A stretch of DNA of 64,000 nt from Bugula neritina (lineage: Eukaryota > Animalia > Bryozoa): contig OZ037771.1 of assembly GCA_964035545.1 (NCBI GenBank), positions 11,970,480 through 12,034,479 of the forward strand, in the 5' to 3' direction. Under the pieces are notes generated by a model. That model saw nothing but the letters and a program-made list of their open reading frames with translations. It searched no databases and was not told the origin of the DNA. This document shows positions 28,201 through 40,760 of the stretch, one piece after another. The position numbers were made by a program, and so were the translations under genes. Positions within the stretch are counted from its first letter, which is position 1, and the number at the start of each line of letters is the position of its first letter.

Positions 28201-29933
28201 AAGTTGAACTTCGGCTGAGACCGATTTACAATGAGTAAGCAAAAATGAAATAAAGTTAAGGAGGCAAAGAATCACGATATAAATGTAAATAATTATGGAA
28301 AATGTGTATTAGGGGAGTAACTTTATAAAACACCTCAATAGGTGTACGGCTGGAATGCTGCTGATACCAACAAAATATTGCTGTTGTGTTGCTACAAGTT
28401 CAGTTTGCTGAGACTGGAATAGGAGTAAACAATATATGTGACATATGAGTTGCGTATGTAACAGGTGAGCTGATTATGTGACAGATGAGCTGAGTATGTG
28501 ACAGGTGAGCTGAGCATGTGACAGGTGAGCTGAGCATGTGACAGGTGAGCTGAGCATGTGACAGATAAGCTGAGTATGTGACAGGTGAGCTGATTATGTG
28601 ACAGGTGAGCTGAGCATGTGACAAGTGAGCTGAGCATGTGACACGTAAGCTGAGCATGTGACAGGTAAGCTGAGCATGTGACAGGTGAGCTGAGCATGTG
28701 ACAGGTGAGCTGAGCATGTGACAGGAGAGCTGATGCAATAAAGCATGTAAGAGAAAGCATGTCTGGTACAAATGGCACAGATAAAACTGGCACAGATAAA
28801 ACTGTAACAGGTAAAAATGGCACAGGGAATAATGGCACAAATGGAAAAACAGGTATAAATAGTACATTTTCAGTATTGGGGTTTAGGTGAAAGGTTGGGA
28901 GTTTAGGATGTGAGGTTTAGGTATGGGAATGGGGGTTTTGGTTTGGGGTTGGGGTTTAAGAGTTGGGGTTTGGGGAAATTTAAAATCATGATGTGCCATT
29001 TTTACCTGCTTTTTTATTTGTGTCAGTTTTACAGTGCCATTTTTACGTGTGCTATTTTTACCAGTGTCAATTTCACCTAAAATCATAAAATAATGTAACA
29101 GCAATAAAAATAGACATTTCAAAAATATTATGTCTAATTTGCTGTTCCATTACATAGTTAGAACAGACACAATTTACATACGTATTTCTACACTGCCCTG
29201 AGCACGAAATGGTCGGAAAAGATTTGTCTGTTGGTGCTGCCCATCTTCTCTTTGACCTCTACTTGAGAGATCACCATGAGAATGCTCTTCACTGCTCGTA
29301 GCACCATCTTCTCCTTGACCTCTACTTGAGAGATCATCATGAGAATACTCATCACTGCTAGTAGCACCATCTTCATCTGTTTGTGTTTCAGTTTCCCCCT
29401 CAGCCTAAGCAGTAATAGAAGTAAGGAAAGGAGAGAAGGAGAAATTGCGTAGTGCTTAAGATAGATGTAGCAGCATCGAGCCATAAGCATGATTGGATCA
29501 AAATTGAATAACGTTAGTAGAATCGGTTAAAATAACATTGTGGTTCTGCAATATTTTACTGATTCAATCTTCCATAATGTAGTCACAATATTATATTAAC
29601 GTACTTTATACATTTGCTATCAGGTACTAGTATACTACTTCATGAATTCATGAATTTTAGACTTTCACATTATTGGAACTTATGACTGTGAATTTATGAT
29701 TAAATGAAATGCAAAACAAAGTATGCAAATTAGAAAATATGCTTATATCCTTTGTATATTAAAACACTTACTAGTTCATCAGAAGCCCTTAAAGTTGTCT
29801 GCTTTTTTCTTTCAGCCTTAGCTTTTCTACTGTATTTTTTGTAACTGAAGTACACCCTTCCTGATATCAAAATGACCGAAATTAATATAATAATAAGTGC
29901 TAATAACACTGATGCATTTACTATCAGCTCCAT
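19229..29933 (-). CDS. Membrane-anchored divergent trypsin-like serine protease, paralogue 2; exons 29933-29772, 29404-29182, 22448-22304, 21609-21548, 21365-21185, 20904-20017, 19874-19229 (about 768 aa)
   Basis: GT-AG introns with matching phases give 2307 nt open frame. N-terminal hydrophobic helix VLLALIIILISVILISG is followed by basic residues. Motifs FAVVPAHF, NDIVLLEL, NGHSGTIV and LGMLVG. The last five exons are conserved in paralogue 3; joining the first two exons is inferred from phase only. Confidence 0.72.
21835..22233. repeat. (GCGTGTAT)n 8-bp tandem repeat grading into (GTAT)n
   Basis: Directly visible; intronic; source of spurious YACMRVCV ORFs. Confidence 0.97.
23062..28337 (-). 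mobile_element. Decayed Gypsy LTR retrotransposon lacking integrase (LTRs 27902-28337 and 23062-23475)
   Basis: Two diverged LTRs, ATAG TSD on both sides, degenerate Leu PBS (tggtggcagtgatgat), gag/RT (YLDD)/RNase H fragments, then a jump at about 25095 to the pol tail and an ORF3 homologue. Confidence 0.9.
23624..24773 (-). pseudogene. Disrupted divergent ORF3 (zinc-finger protein) of Gypsy element
   Basis: Reading across stops and a frameshift gives CRQCEKKLSNA*RLRVHAPQHYANVFCSCG*YSYQR..YVLRHQR...FVVDEASFPKF, matching ORF 50984-52072. Confidence 0.8.
28455..28735. repeat. 20-bp minisatellite (TGTGACAGGTGAGCTGAGCA) about 14 copies
   Basis: Directly visible tandem units. Confidence 0.95.
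28765..29078. repeat. Foldback/MITE-like element with inverted arrays of short repeats
   Basis: Left arm of (GGTAAAAATGGCACA)-like units, GT-rich centre, right arm of (TGTGCCATTTTTACC)-like units. Confidence 0.6.
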
Positions 29934-30144
29934 TCCGTCGTTCAGTTAGCATAGGAGATGATGTTGTTGATAAGCCCAGCTGCTGCTAACACTTGCCTGT
30001 AGAAAAAATTACATAACTGATGGTGGTACAACAATGGTATCCCATATTCAGTGCACCATGACTTGCCAAAAACCATACTATAACAGTATAAAGCCACTGT
30101 AGTATTCAGTCAGTCTAGTTCCATTCAAGTGTTATATGGTTTCA

Positions 30145-30450
30145 GGTAGTGTCATACAGGTCTAGGTGGTGTCATATAGTGTTAGGTGGTGACAAATAGT
30201 GCCAGGTGGTGTCATATAGTGTCAAGTGGTGTCATACAGTGTCAGTTGATGTCATATGGTGTCAGGCAGTGTCATCTAATGTCAAGTTGTGTCATACAGT
30301 GTCATTATAAGATCAGGTAGTGCCATATAGTGTCAGGAGGTGTCATATAGTGTCAAGTGGTATCATGCAGTGACAAGTGGTGTTATATAGTGTCATGTGG
30401 TGACATGTATATGGTGTCAGGTGGTGTCATGGTCTCAGGTGGTATCAGGT
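30145..30450. repeat. Degenerate 20-bp minisatellite (GTGTCAGGTGGTGTCATATA)
   Basis: Visible 20-bp periodicity over about 15 units. Confidence 0.85.
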
Positions 30451-30880
30451 AGGGTCAGGTTGGGTAGCTACTAGACACAATTCTCAGTAAAATGGTGGTG
30501 GATTTGAGTGCCATTACATTCATGTAATCAGTGCATGGCGTACAGCCTTATCTATAACAAACACAGCTAAAAATAGCTATTATGTCATGTGAGCTTTAAC
30601 ATCCATTGCATAGAGTAGAACATGCCTTTGAAAAGCTCACCAATTAAACTTCCTTTACGAGGTAAGCCTGATAGTGAGGTGGATAAGAGCTCACCACACA
30701 CTAATAAGTGAATCAGCGCTGTAACCCTCAGTAGGATTGGTACTCTTACAGTTCTGGTAGAGCTGTCCTGCATGTAATACTGTAAATATAGCACATGCAT
30801 ATAACACCAGTAGCTGTGAATGGTGGTCACCTTTCACCGCCATGGTCCTGTGCGGGTGGCTGGACCAGTAGCTATGAATA

Positions 30881-30961
<81 letters not shown>

Positions 30962-31098
30962 CTTTTTACACTCAAAGATAACAGGCCTAGAATTTACTGA
31001 TACTGTTGCCATTGCTTGTCTCTACATTGCTGAACTAGTATAATGGCAAACTTTCAAACAAATTTTCCTTTAGCTACATTTATTTTCAACTTGGCCAC

Positions 31099-32066
31099 AC
31101 GGGGCACAATGGGCCACCTGACCATGGCAACCTGATCACTGTGATTAATTTGTTTACCCAAAAAGTTAGATGAAATGTTAACAAAATCTGTAGATATAGC
31201 GATTTCTGATTTTTTTGTAAAGTATCACAGACATATCAAGTTGAGACTACCAAACTACAAAGTGAAGAAGCTCCCCTAATAAGGCTATATACATATGGTG
31301 TGGTTATAGTATTGTCATTTTATGCATCATACAAAACATTCTGCTGTTGCTACTATTTGATAGTCACGATATCCATTATACATTATATGATTGAAAGAAT
31401 ATACAAGTAATTTTACTAAAATAAATTGTGATTTGCTCATTTCCTCCCCTCTCCCCCTTCCGCACTCCAGCCACAAACCTCAGCCATGCATCTTAGCTAC
31501 AGTTCATAAAAAACTCAAAATTTTGCAGCGTACATGTTACTAAACCTTTTTTGGTGAAATTTCCTGTGAAGTGGAAATAGAAGAAAACATTTTTAGTTCT
31601 AAACAGCAATGATAATGGCACCGTAGAGATGAGTTATGTGCATTTGAGTTTACTTCCCCCTGCTATCTGTGGTGGCACACACTGTACAGCTAAAACATCA
31701 TTTACGCCGTAAATCTGAAAAAGTATTTTTATTTACTTGTGTATATTACTTAAATAAATAAAGATCAAATGCGACTAAATCAGCAAAGTTTCAATATATT
31801 TGGTGTGTCCCAACCAGTGGCCCCTTGTACATTGTGCCCAGGTACCCCTGGTATCAGAGCACAACCGGCCAGTTTTTCGTCAAGAAAATTTCAAATTGTT
31901 CTGAAATATGTGAAAGAGATAGAAACAACAAACTGATACCTGTAATAGACAACTGGTGTAGCTTTTAGACTAGAGATGATTGAACTAGTAACTTGAAACA
32001 CAGACGAATGAGAGCAAGAAGTTCAAAATTCAGCCCATTGTGCCCCCCCCCCCTTTACCTCTGTAT
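31099..32066. mobile_element. Possible non-autonomous TIR DNA transposon remnant
   Basis: ggggcacaatgggc at about 31101 is inverted at about 32033-32046 (gcccattgtgcccc), with a partial internal copy near 31830. No coding sequence recognised. Confidence 0.4.
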
Positions 32067-33360
32067 ATATTATATACTATACTATAGGCTACTTGCAGGC
32101 CAGCTCTCCTGGTTCTAGAAGTATAGTGGATAGAGGCTCACTCCACATTGCTAAACAATAACTATCACTTTATCTCCTTTATTGAGTTTTGTTCTGCTTC
32201 TTGCTCAATTTGATTTTCAATCACAGAAAATTGAAACAAAACAAAAGAAAATTCTCTAAACTGAGGTGCATGACTCATTCCATCGAAATATATATTGAAA
32301 ACTAATGTACCAGATAACCAGTTAGTTATTAAAATAGTTAAGGCATGGAAACCTACTAACCTTTTCTCACTAGTGCCGACTATATTGAAGTGGCGAGACA
32401 GAGGAGCAGTGGAAATACAAGTGAGCCAAACTAACCAATTCAGCTGCTGCAAAGGTAAAAGTGAATATCCTAAATCTTATAACAGTTGCTTAATGGTGTT
32501 TGCATAGCCAGTAAATCATGGCCTTAAAAGACGTTTGAACACAATATCAGAAAGTTGGCTAAAGGTGAAAACTTGTGTATACTACTTTGTTCTACTATTA
32601 GCAGATAAATTTCATTATTGTTGTACCGATTAGATAGGATTTAGTTTGTGTTTGTATAACATAACCTAGTGTATCATAGCTTTGTATAAAATTTGAGGGT
32701 TAATATATTGGTTAATTTCGGCTTGACTACCAGGCTTTAGAACCAGAGAACATTCTAATATATAGTATCCGAGTGTTATGTTTTTCAGAATTAGGGTCGA
32801 TGTGTAACCAAGAGAGTCTAATTACTGCTAGAGAAACTTCACCAGGATAAGTCGAGTAGGTATCGTTATATTTTAGGTACAAGAATACATCATAAAATAT
32901 GATATAAAACAGTTAACAATTCACACGTCTATTTAATTTACTGCACTATCCTCAACTGGCTAGTAGCGCGAAGCTAACTACTGCTACTCAATATCAACTT
33001 AGCTAATTGGCTGAGTACATAGTTTTGGATCAATACGCGACCTTGCGTATTGTGCTGTTGGTAGCTCCACGAGCCACCACACCGCCCCCACCAGCAGAAA
33101 GCCCTCTTTCTGATATAAAAAATATAATTCACAAGTGACTAGGTACATCAGTGGACTAACGAGAGAAAGGATGTAAAATGTATATACAGGAACCAATCTA
33201 ATTAGATATATATGTATATAAGAAAAATATATGCACAATGAATTGACACTAGGTAATGAGTAAGTCTTATCTACATGGAGAGTACATGCCACAGTAACGG
33301 TAGGAAATGCCACAGAGAGGTAGTAGAGGAGTGGGATGGAAGTTAGAGAGGGAACTCATG

Positions 33361-34435
33361 TTAATCCTGGGCTGCTCGTTTCATACGTTTGATGGACTCC
33401 TGTAGCGACCGGAGCTCACTGGATGCGGCATGAATGCGGGGGCCAGTCTGTATACCTCTTGCTCCAGGTCGTTTGCCCTAGTCTCTACTTCTCGTAGGTT
33501 GTGGGCCAGAGGGGATGAGCGGGAGAAAGTCCGCTGTTGCCAGTGTCTTTTTCGTTCTGAGGATGGAAGTGGGGGAGGGAGTGTGTACGTCTTCGTGTCT
33601 ACCCTCTGTAGTACGACACGGGGGAGTGTATGCGGTTGACGTATAGGATTGAGAGGTGGGAATTAGATGATTTTGTAGGCTTATCCATGGGTTCAGAGAT
33701 GATGGGTCGAGGAGAGGGAAAGCCTTGCTCCAGGCGAAATAGCCGAGCTGGGTCGGTGATGAGAGGTCTGATAGCTTCGAGGAATGCGGAGTAAGATGAT
33801 TTATCCACGTCGTATACGTGTCCCTGAAAGCAATGCATGGTGCGTTGATGACGCAGTAGATAGTCTCGATTATAACTATATTCCCCGCAGGGGCAGAACG
33901 TTGTGATAAAATGCTGCGGCAAGTGGACTCTCAGTCTCCGATGGGTTGTAAACCGCTGTTGACATAGCCGGCACTCGCGGTTATTGTCATCTCCTCTATG
34001 TTTCTTAATTTCTGTCTCTGTGGCAGGGGCAGTCCAGTTAGAGGTTGCTTCTAGCTGGGGTGGCAGTTGTCTGGTTGTGAAAGTTGGTGGGGCCGGCTCT
34101 GGGTCCCACGCCATCTCTAGGAAAGGCATGCCCGGAGAGACGGGCGCGAGTGTGTCTACAAAAGTAAAATTATTGTTAGATCGCGGTGGATCTTTACAAC
34201 ATAATTCTAGCGACTGTCGACTGTTACTAGTCTGAGAGTCACAACTCTTAGAATGCACTCGAGAGACCAATAAATCATGTGTGAACTGACCAAGAACAGT
34301 GTCTAGCTCCAGGTCTAACAGACCGTCGGCCATTACAGTGTCCTCGTCGTCATTCACGTGAAACGTGGTCCCCAGTAATTCTGATTCAATCTGATGAATT
34401 AGCTCAGAATTTACTGGCATCGAGCCCGTTTCCAT
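33361..34435 (-). pseudogene. ORF3 zinc-finger/coiled-coil protein with two frameshifts
   Basis: ORF 33599-34435 (CRLC...[17 protein letters not shown]...LRHQR) continues in a shifted frame as LPRVVLQRVD...ERKR...NLREVETRANDLEQEVYRL to TAA at 33361. Confidence 0.85.
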
Positions 34436-34452
34436 GGATAGGAATACAAGAC

Positions 34453-37400
34453 TTATGCTGGCTTACCTGTGAACTCGGTATTAATGTCCATACTCAACGT
34501 TCTTGGTAAGGTTGGAGCTAATTGTGAAGTACGTCTGCCCTTGGTAATGTCAGCGTAAGAAAAGGCTGGGCATCGTTTCTGAGACACGAGGTCGGAACTA
34601 TTTGCTTTATGCGCTATAATTCCTCCCACTATTCCGCCCTCGCAAAAGTTGATATTTGCGTGGGGTTCACAACTCCAACATTCCCCCGTACGGTTTTCCC
34701 CTAGACTTTCATGCGTGCCGCTTTTAATGCAGTCACATACGAAGTCTTTTAAATATGGTGGGGGTTTCCTCGTACGCTGTCCCCGTTCTAGGGGGGGTGA
34801 CACGCTCGCTGGTTCATTAGAAGGGGCCTCGAATGGCATCTCTACTTCACCGTTAGCGGTCACTTCTTCTTGTTCTCCGGATGAAGCCCCTCCCTCCGTG
34901 GGGGTTTGCACTTCCGGAACCGGCTCGGTTTCTGGAAGTGATGGAATCAGACTTGGCGGCGGCGGACGCGCTTCTGTTGGCAAAAGCTGTCGCTCTTCTC
35001 TCACCAAGTCTTCCTCCCGCGGTATGACCACTTCATATTCAGGTCCATGCCGACGTCGCCCGCGTGTTGTTGTCTGCCTCCTGGGCTCCAACAATGGGGG
35101 GGAGGCTTCTCCCACCGCGTCGGGGCTAGCCCAATACGGCTTCAAGCGAGACTCATTCTGGATAGACACCTGTCCTGAGCGCTCGATCTTGTACGTATGG
35201 TTGGGCATAGCCTCAACGATCACGTAGGGTCCCACGAACTTAGGCTGTAACTTAGCCGCCTGTCCGCGACGCCTACGGTAATTGACCATCCACACCTTAT
35301 CTCCCGCTTGGTAGAGGGGTGGTTCCTCGGAATCTTCGTGTCGCACCTTCCACTGCTGTTTGCGCAGCATTTCGTGTGCGACCTTCATTCGTTCCACTAG
35401 TTCACTGGCATACTCGTGGACCGAGTTGTCTTGCTCTGGAACGTGGTAGGTAAGATGGTCAGGGACGCGGGTCTCTCTCCCGAGCATCAAGAAGTTTGGG
35501 GTCTCACCAGTACTGGTGTGTGGGATGCTACGGTATGCACGCATGACTTGCGGCAACACCGTGTCCCATTCCTTTTGGCTGCGTCCAAGGAGGAGACTCC
35601 GGAGCGCATCACCTAGCATCCGGTTGTTGCGCTCCACCACTCCATTACCTTGTGGGTGGTAGGGGGTGGTCCTGCTCTGATTTACTCCCCAGAGGCGGCA
35701 AAAGTCGCTCATCAGTTGAGACTGAAATTGAGCGCTTTGATCAGAGTGTATCTGTTCGAGGAGACCGAAATAGCAGAATACATGTTGGTCTAGTACCCTG
35801 GCCACTGTTGGGGCTGACGCGTCTGGGATGGCCAGAGCGTCCGCCCACCTTGTGAAGTGGTCGGTCAATACTAGGATCCAACTATTGCCTCTGGGTGTTT
35901 GGGGCATGGGTCCGACCAAGTCTACAGCGACTACTTGCCAGGGCCTTTCTGCATATAGCCTCCGCCGTCTCGCTTCACCAGGGAGACGGCCATGCTTACT
36001 GGCCTGGCAGATCTCACACTGTTTGACTCTGAGTCGGACGTCCCGCTCCATTTGTGGCCAATACCACCGGAGTTGTAATTTGGAGATCACTCTCTTGACC
36101 CCTGCTTGGCCCTGTTTGTGAGTGTTCCAAATCAGCTCACGGCGGATGGCAGTGGGACAGACCACCCTCTTCCTCTCCAGGTGTCTGCCGCTGGCAGCTA
36201 GAGAGATGGTCAGTAAACCATCCTGCCCGATCCGCAGCGAGTCCCAACGCTGACAGTATAGCCGGAACTCGGTGCATCCCTGTCGTATGCGTTCCTCGCT
36301 AGGTCGTCACCCTTCCCTTTTGGCCCGATATATGTCTGCCACTACCCCAGGCAGCTCTTCTTGGAGCTTCTTCAGCTCTCGGACATTATCGGCCAGTACA
36401 GGGTTGGCGCGGAGGTTTTGTACAACCTTCGGGGACTCGTCAACCTCCTGTCTGAGTTGACCCTGGTCCCAGTCAAAAGGTGCTCCGTGGTGAGCCAACG
36501 TCTCCAACTCACATCGCGGGGGACCTCCGTCCCTCCTCTCGATGTTGAGACACTGTTTGCAACCTCCATCAAGTCGGCGGCTCAAACCATCCGCATTGCT
36601 GTGTCTCTTGCCCGGCCGATGTTCGATCCGGTATGAGAATTCAGCTAGGATTTCGAGCCACCGGGCGACCTGACTGGAGGGCTCTGCTCTCTTGCACAAC
36701 CAGATCAGCGAGGCATGATCCGTACGCAGCCAGAACTTCCTGCCGTATAAGTATGGTCTGAAGTGCTTCACTGACTTGATTACTGCAAGCAGCTCCTTGC
36801 CTGTAGTGCAGTAATTTCGTTCAGCGGGTGAGAGAGACTTGCTATAGTAGGCTACTACTACCTCTCGGCCTTCCTGCACTTGAGACAGCACAGCGCCAAC
36901 ATTTTGGTCACTGGCGTCAGTGTCGAGGATGTACTCCAGAGTGGGGTCTGGGTAGGCCAAGATGGGCACCGTTAGCAAGCAGCCCTTGAGGCGGTCGAAC
37001 GCTCCTTGTTCGACTGGGGTCCACTGCCACGTCACTCCCTTTGCGGTAAGCCGGTTTAACGGCTGTGCTATGCCTGCAAAGTCTGGTATGTATTGCCTGT
37101 AATACCCTACCAGCCCCAAGAAAGCCCGAAGTCCGGTCAAGTATTGGGGGGTGACCCAGTCTTCTATCGCCCGTACCTTTTCGGGATCCGTTGCCACGTC
37201 GTTTCGACCGACAACGTGCCCTAGGTACTTGACCTCCGGCTGCAATAGAGCGCACTTGGAAGGTTTGAGCTTAAGACCGGCACCTCGGAGTCTCTCGAAG
37301 ACCTCCTGCAGACGACTGACATGCGTCTCGAAGTCTGGGGAGATCACGATGACATCATCGAGGTAGACCAGCAGTGTCTTCTAATGGAGCCCGCTAAGGA

Positions 37401-38900
37401 CTTGCTCCATCAGCCTCTGGAAGGTGGCTGGGGTGGAGGTTAACCCGAAAGGCAACACCTTCCACTTCCACAAACCGTCCCGTGTGATAAACGCCGCTTT
37501 CTCCTGGGCATCGGGACTCAGAGGAACTTGCCAGTAGCCACTCAGCAAGTCTAGCGTACTGAAGTACTTGCTGCCGGCTAGGGCATCTAATGACTCGTCA
37601 ATACGAGGGAGAGGGTAGGCGTCCTGTATGGTTACGCTATTGAGTTTGCGGTAATCCACACAGAACCGCCAACTGCCGTCTTTCTTCCGGACCAGTACGA
37701 CCGGCGAGCTCCACGCACTATGGGCGGGCTCTATGAGGCCGCGGTCCAGAAGATCCCGTACTTGTCGGCTAACCTCCTTCTCTTTTTCCGGCCCCAGCCT
37801 GCGTGTGGGTTGCCGGAAAGGGGGCCGTCCCTGCAGTCAGCGGTATTTCGTGTCTGACAACTCCAGTCAGTCCCACATCATGATCTCCGCTGCTGAACAC
37901 ATCACCGTAATCGCGTAGCAACTTCGCCATAGCTTGGCGTTCCTTGTTGCTCGCGCAGCCGCCACAGGCTGTTCCGTATAACTCCCGGAGATGTGTTGGA
38001 ACCGCCCCTCGCCCTTGAGTAGGGTGTCGAGGGGGTGCCTCCGTCGCGTCACCCAGCGACGGGCCCACGTCCTCTTCCTGGACGGAGTGGAACCAGCCCA
38101 GCATGGACCCAGCTGGAAGCTCGATGGGCTCGGTAAAGGGGTTGACACACTGCACTAAGATCTCCCCTCCCTCAGTTAGTCGGTTTAAACTACTGGCGAG
38201 TTGGATCCTTCCGTGCGCGCCTTCAACGACCCCGAGTCTTGCTATCCAGTTGCTGTTCACTCGGCGGTGGATAGTGGCTCTGGAGCGTCCGGGCACAGTG
38301 CAGTTTCGAACTACCTGAACACCGCCCACCAGAGGACGCCCAAACTTATCCACACAGGCGAGTTCTCGCCCGCCCATCAGCACTACCGACTTGCTAAAGT
38401 CTATGCGGCATTGGTGCTGCTTCAAGAAGGGCATTCCGAGGGTAGCATCTTCCTCCAGTTGGCTTATGACAAAGGTCTCCTTTACAGCCTGGTCTCGGAC
38501 ACGCCCAGGGAGCTCGATAATACCGTAGAAGGGGATACACGACCCGTCTGCTAGGGTGCCATGTTCTCCCGTATACGGTCTACTCTATCCCTGTCCCGGC
38601 GGGGCAGTGCCTCGAAGACTCTACGACTGAGAAGGTTGATAGTACAACCGGAGTCTAGCAGGAAGGTGACGGCGTTACCCGCCACCTTTCCGGGTACGAA
38701 ATAACCCTCTCCGTGTGGTTGTACTTTCACCCCCCCCGCATGTGTTGTCCTGGATGGGTAGGACGGCGGAGGTTTTACCCGTGGTTTACGGGGTTTCCGG
38801 CGGCGAGGCTGGTGCTGGCGGGGTTCGGAGCTCTCCACTAGGCCTTCTGGCTCTATTTCAGTGGCGGGCTCCTCTTCCCGAGGTAACCGGTGGAACCGGT
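34453..38900 (-). pseudogene. pol: Gypsy pol (protease, RT, RNase H, integrase) with stops and frameshifts
   Basis: [40 protein letters not shown] and PKFVGPY; premature stops at 37381 and 36307. Confidence 0.95.
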
Positions 38901-39028
38901 TAGCGAGTGGCAGGGAGAAGGTACTCAGCCGCTGTGCGGGTCTGCTAGTCCTGCGTGGTACCTGCCACTCGGGGGAGTGTACCGTCGTGTCCGTACGGAC
39001 AGGCGACGGCGTGTCCCACCATGCTCCT

Positions 39029-39895
39029 TCAGTTGCGGCCCGCGGGGAGGAAGGGCGTCCGCGGGCCGTGACAGTTTAACGCCCCCTGGTGTTGGGGTCG
39101 TCCTTGCTGTCCATGGTCTTGACCAGCACTACTCCAGCCCGGCCCCACAGGTGTTGGGGGCAACCGCAGGGCCTGACCGGGGCCAGCGCCGGCCAGAATC
39201 GTTACAAGCTGTCCCAGCATCTCTACCATACGGTCCACTTCGGCTTCCAGAGGGGGAGCTTCGGGGCCTGTCGTAGCTCTGGCAGCACTGACTCCAACTG
39301 CGGGTGGGTTCCATTGCGCTCGATGCATTTGGGTAGCCAACAGGTAAGCTTCTCCAGCCTTCAGGGCATCCTCTATCCTGGTTATCCCTTTAGCTCGTAG
39401 TTGATGGTGTAGGCCCAGGTCGTTTAGTGACTGGACAAAGGCGTCGTAGGTGTAACGCTCTTGGTGTTGTGCTGGTAGATCACCATACGCAATTTGTGCC
39501 AGCTTCTTCACCGTCGCGGCGTGTTCTTGCAGCGAGGTCCGCGGGGCGCGGCACAATCTCTGTAGCTTGGTCCTGGCGTCTATTGCGGAGATGCCAAAAT
39601 GGGCCCGCAACGCAGCCAATATCCCGTCTATGGTCATCCCTACTCCGTACGGCTTGGCTTGCTCCGTCAACGCTCTCCGCAATTGGATAAGGGCCACTCT
39701 GTGCGGCCATTGGGCAATATCCATTACTTTTCTAAACTCTTGTATAAACTGTTCGACATCTTCTGACCCAGTAAAGGTGGGGGCTTTCAAGCAATATCTA
39801 TAAGCTTTTTCTCCCACATGATTCACAGGATTAACATCATTTCTACGCTCACCTTCTACTGGGGGTGGTTGCATTCTAGCATTTTCAGTCTCCAT
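39029..39895 (-). CDS. gag: Gypsy Gag-like protein
   Basis: First ORF after PBS; PTFTGSEDVEQFIQEF is shared with ORF 45448-46272. Confidence 0.85.
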   Translation of the reverse strand: METENARMQPPPVEGERRNDVNPVNHVGEKAYRYCLKAPTFTGSEDVEQFIQEFRKVMDIAQWPHRVALIQLRRALTEQAKPYGVGMTIDGILAALRAHFGISAIDARTKLQRLCRAPRTSLQEHAATVKKLAQIAYGDLPAQHQERYTYDAFVQSLNDLGLHHQLRAKGITRIEDALKAGEAYLLATQMHRAQWNPPAVGVSAARATTGPEAPPLEAEVDRMVEMLGQLVTILAGAGPGQALRLPPTPVGPGWSSAGQDHGQQGRPQHQGALNCHGPRTPFLPAGRN

Positions 39896-39909
39896 CTTTG
39901 ATGTACACT

Positions 39910-39927
39910 ATCCCACCGCTGCCACCA
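39910..39927 (-). other. Primer binding site complementary to tRNA-Leu 3' end
   Basis: TGGTGGCAGCGGTGGGAT lies 1 nt after the LTR and complements the ...ATCCCACCGCTGCCA-CCA end of eukaryotic tRNA-Leu(AAG/UAG). Confidence 0.9.
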
Positions 39928-40240
39928 CTGTTATGTTTTTCAGAATTAGGGTCGATGTGTAACCAAGAGAGTCTAATTACTGCTAGAGAAACTTCACCAG
40001 GATAAGTCGAGTAGATATCGTTATATTTTAGGTACAAGAATACATCATAAAATATGATATAAAACAGTTAACAATTCACACGTCTATTTAATTTACTGCT
40101 CTATCCTCAACTGGCTAGTAGCGCGAAGCTAACTACTGCTACTCAATATCAACTTAGCTAATTGGCTAAGTACATAGTTCCGGGTCAATACGCGACCTTG
40201 CGTATTGTGCTGTTGGTAGCTCCACGAGCCACCACACGAG

Positions 40241-40480
40241 TATATCTTAAGTAATGGAATCAACTCACTCACGCAAGTTTATAGTCGCTATGTCCATGTG
40301 AGAAACCCCTGATGAAAAGGGTTTTGTTAAATCAGGCTAAGGACTTATTCATAAGAGGCATAGAAACAATTATGACTGGATGCTCTTTTTAACAACACCA
40401 ATGGTCTTTGTCCAGGCTTGAACCCATCACCTCGTGCTTGCTAGGCAAACACTCTAATCCCTAGAACATGGCTGCTCCCC
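40241..40480 (-). mobile_element. tRNA-derived SINE
   Basis: Minus strand head GGGAGCAGCCATGTTCTAGGGATTAGAG...GGGTTCAAGCC (A/B-box-like) followed by a body shared with 6815-7010, 11058-11670 and partly 3340-3395. Confidence 0.75.
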
Positions 40481-40760
40481 AACGTAGGTAATGTAACTGT
40501 TGGAGAATAAAGGCTTATAGATCTTGGTATCAGTATGGTGATGCTTCATAACCTAAACTCTTTCTGAGTTTAACATTCACAACTATCACTTTCAAATGCA
40601 ATAATCCTGAACATAGTCACGCTTTATTTTTACTATCTCTGCTTTCTCAGTTGCTTCTTGTTGAATCAACTAAGGATGTAGGTAATTGTTTCAATCAAGT
40701 GAGCAATTTTGTTAATAATAATATCATATATAGCATATACACCATGCTTCATAAGCACAC

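Larger units (their letters stand above)
32774..40236 (-). mobile_element. Near-full-length Ty3/Gypsy LTR retrotransposon with ORF3
   Basis: 308-bp LTRs at 39929-40236 and 32774-33081 (about 6 differences by eye), TG...CA ends, CGAG TSD, PBS, PPT, order gag-PR-RT-RH-INT-ORF3. Confidence 0.97.

Noticed and set aside
28392-28867. Repetitive ORFs and CRISPR-like periodicity (also 30145-30450 and 41925-42610)
   Set aside because: Contiguous minisatellites without unique spacers, no cas genes, eukaryotic context.
29188-29490. ORF-track protein MLMARCC...
   Set aside because: Wrong frame; splice phases support the acidic AEGETETQTDED frame.
34649-35227. Long antisense ORFs within Gypsy elements (also 49575-50665)
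   Set aside because: Expected shadows of GC-rich pol; no independent motifs.
40415-40480. Possible tRNA gene
   Set aside because: No complete cloverleaf; continues into a repeated SINE body.
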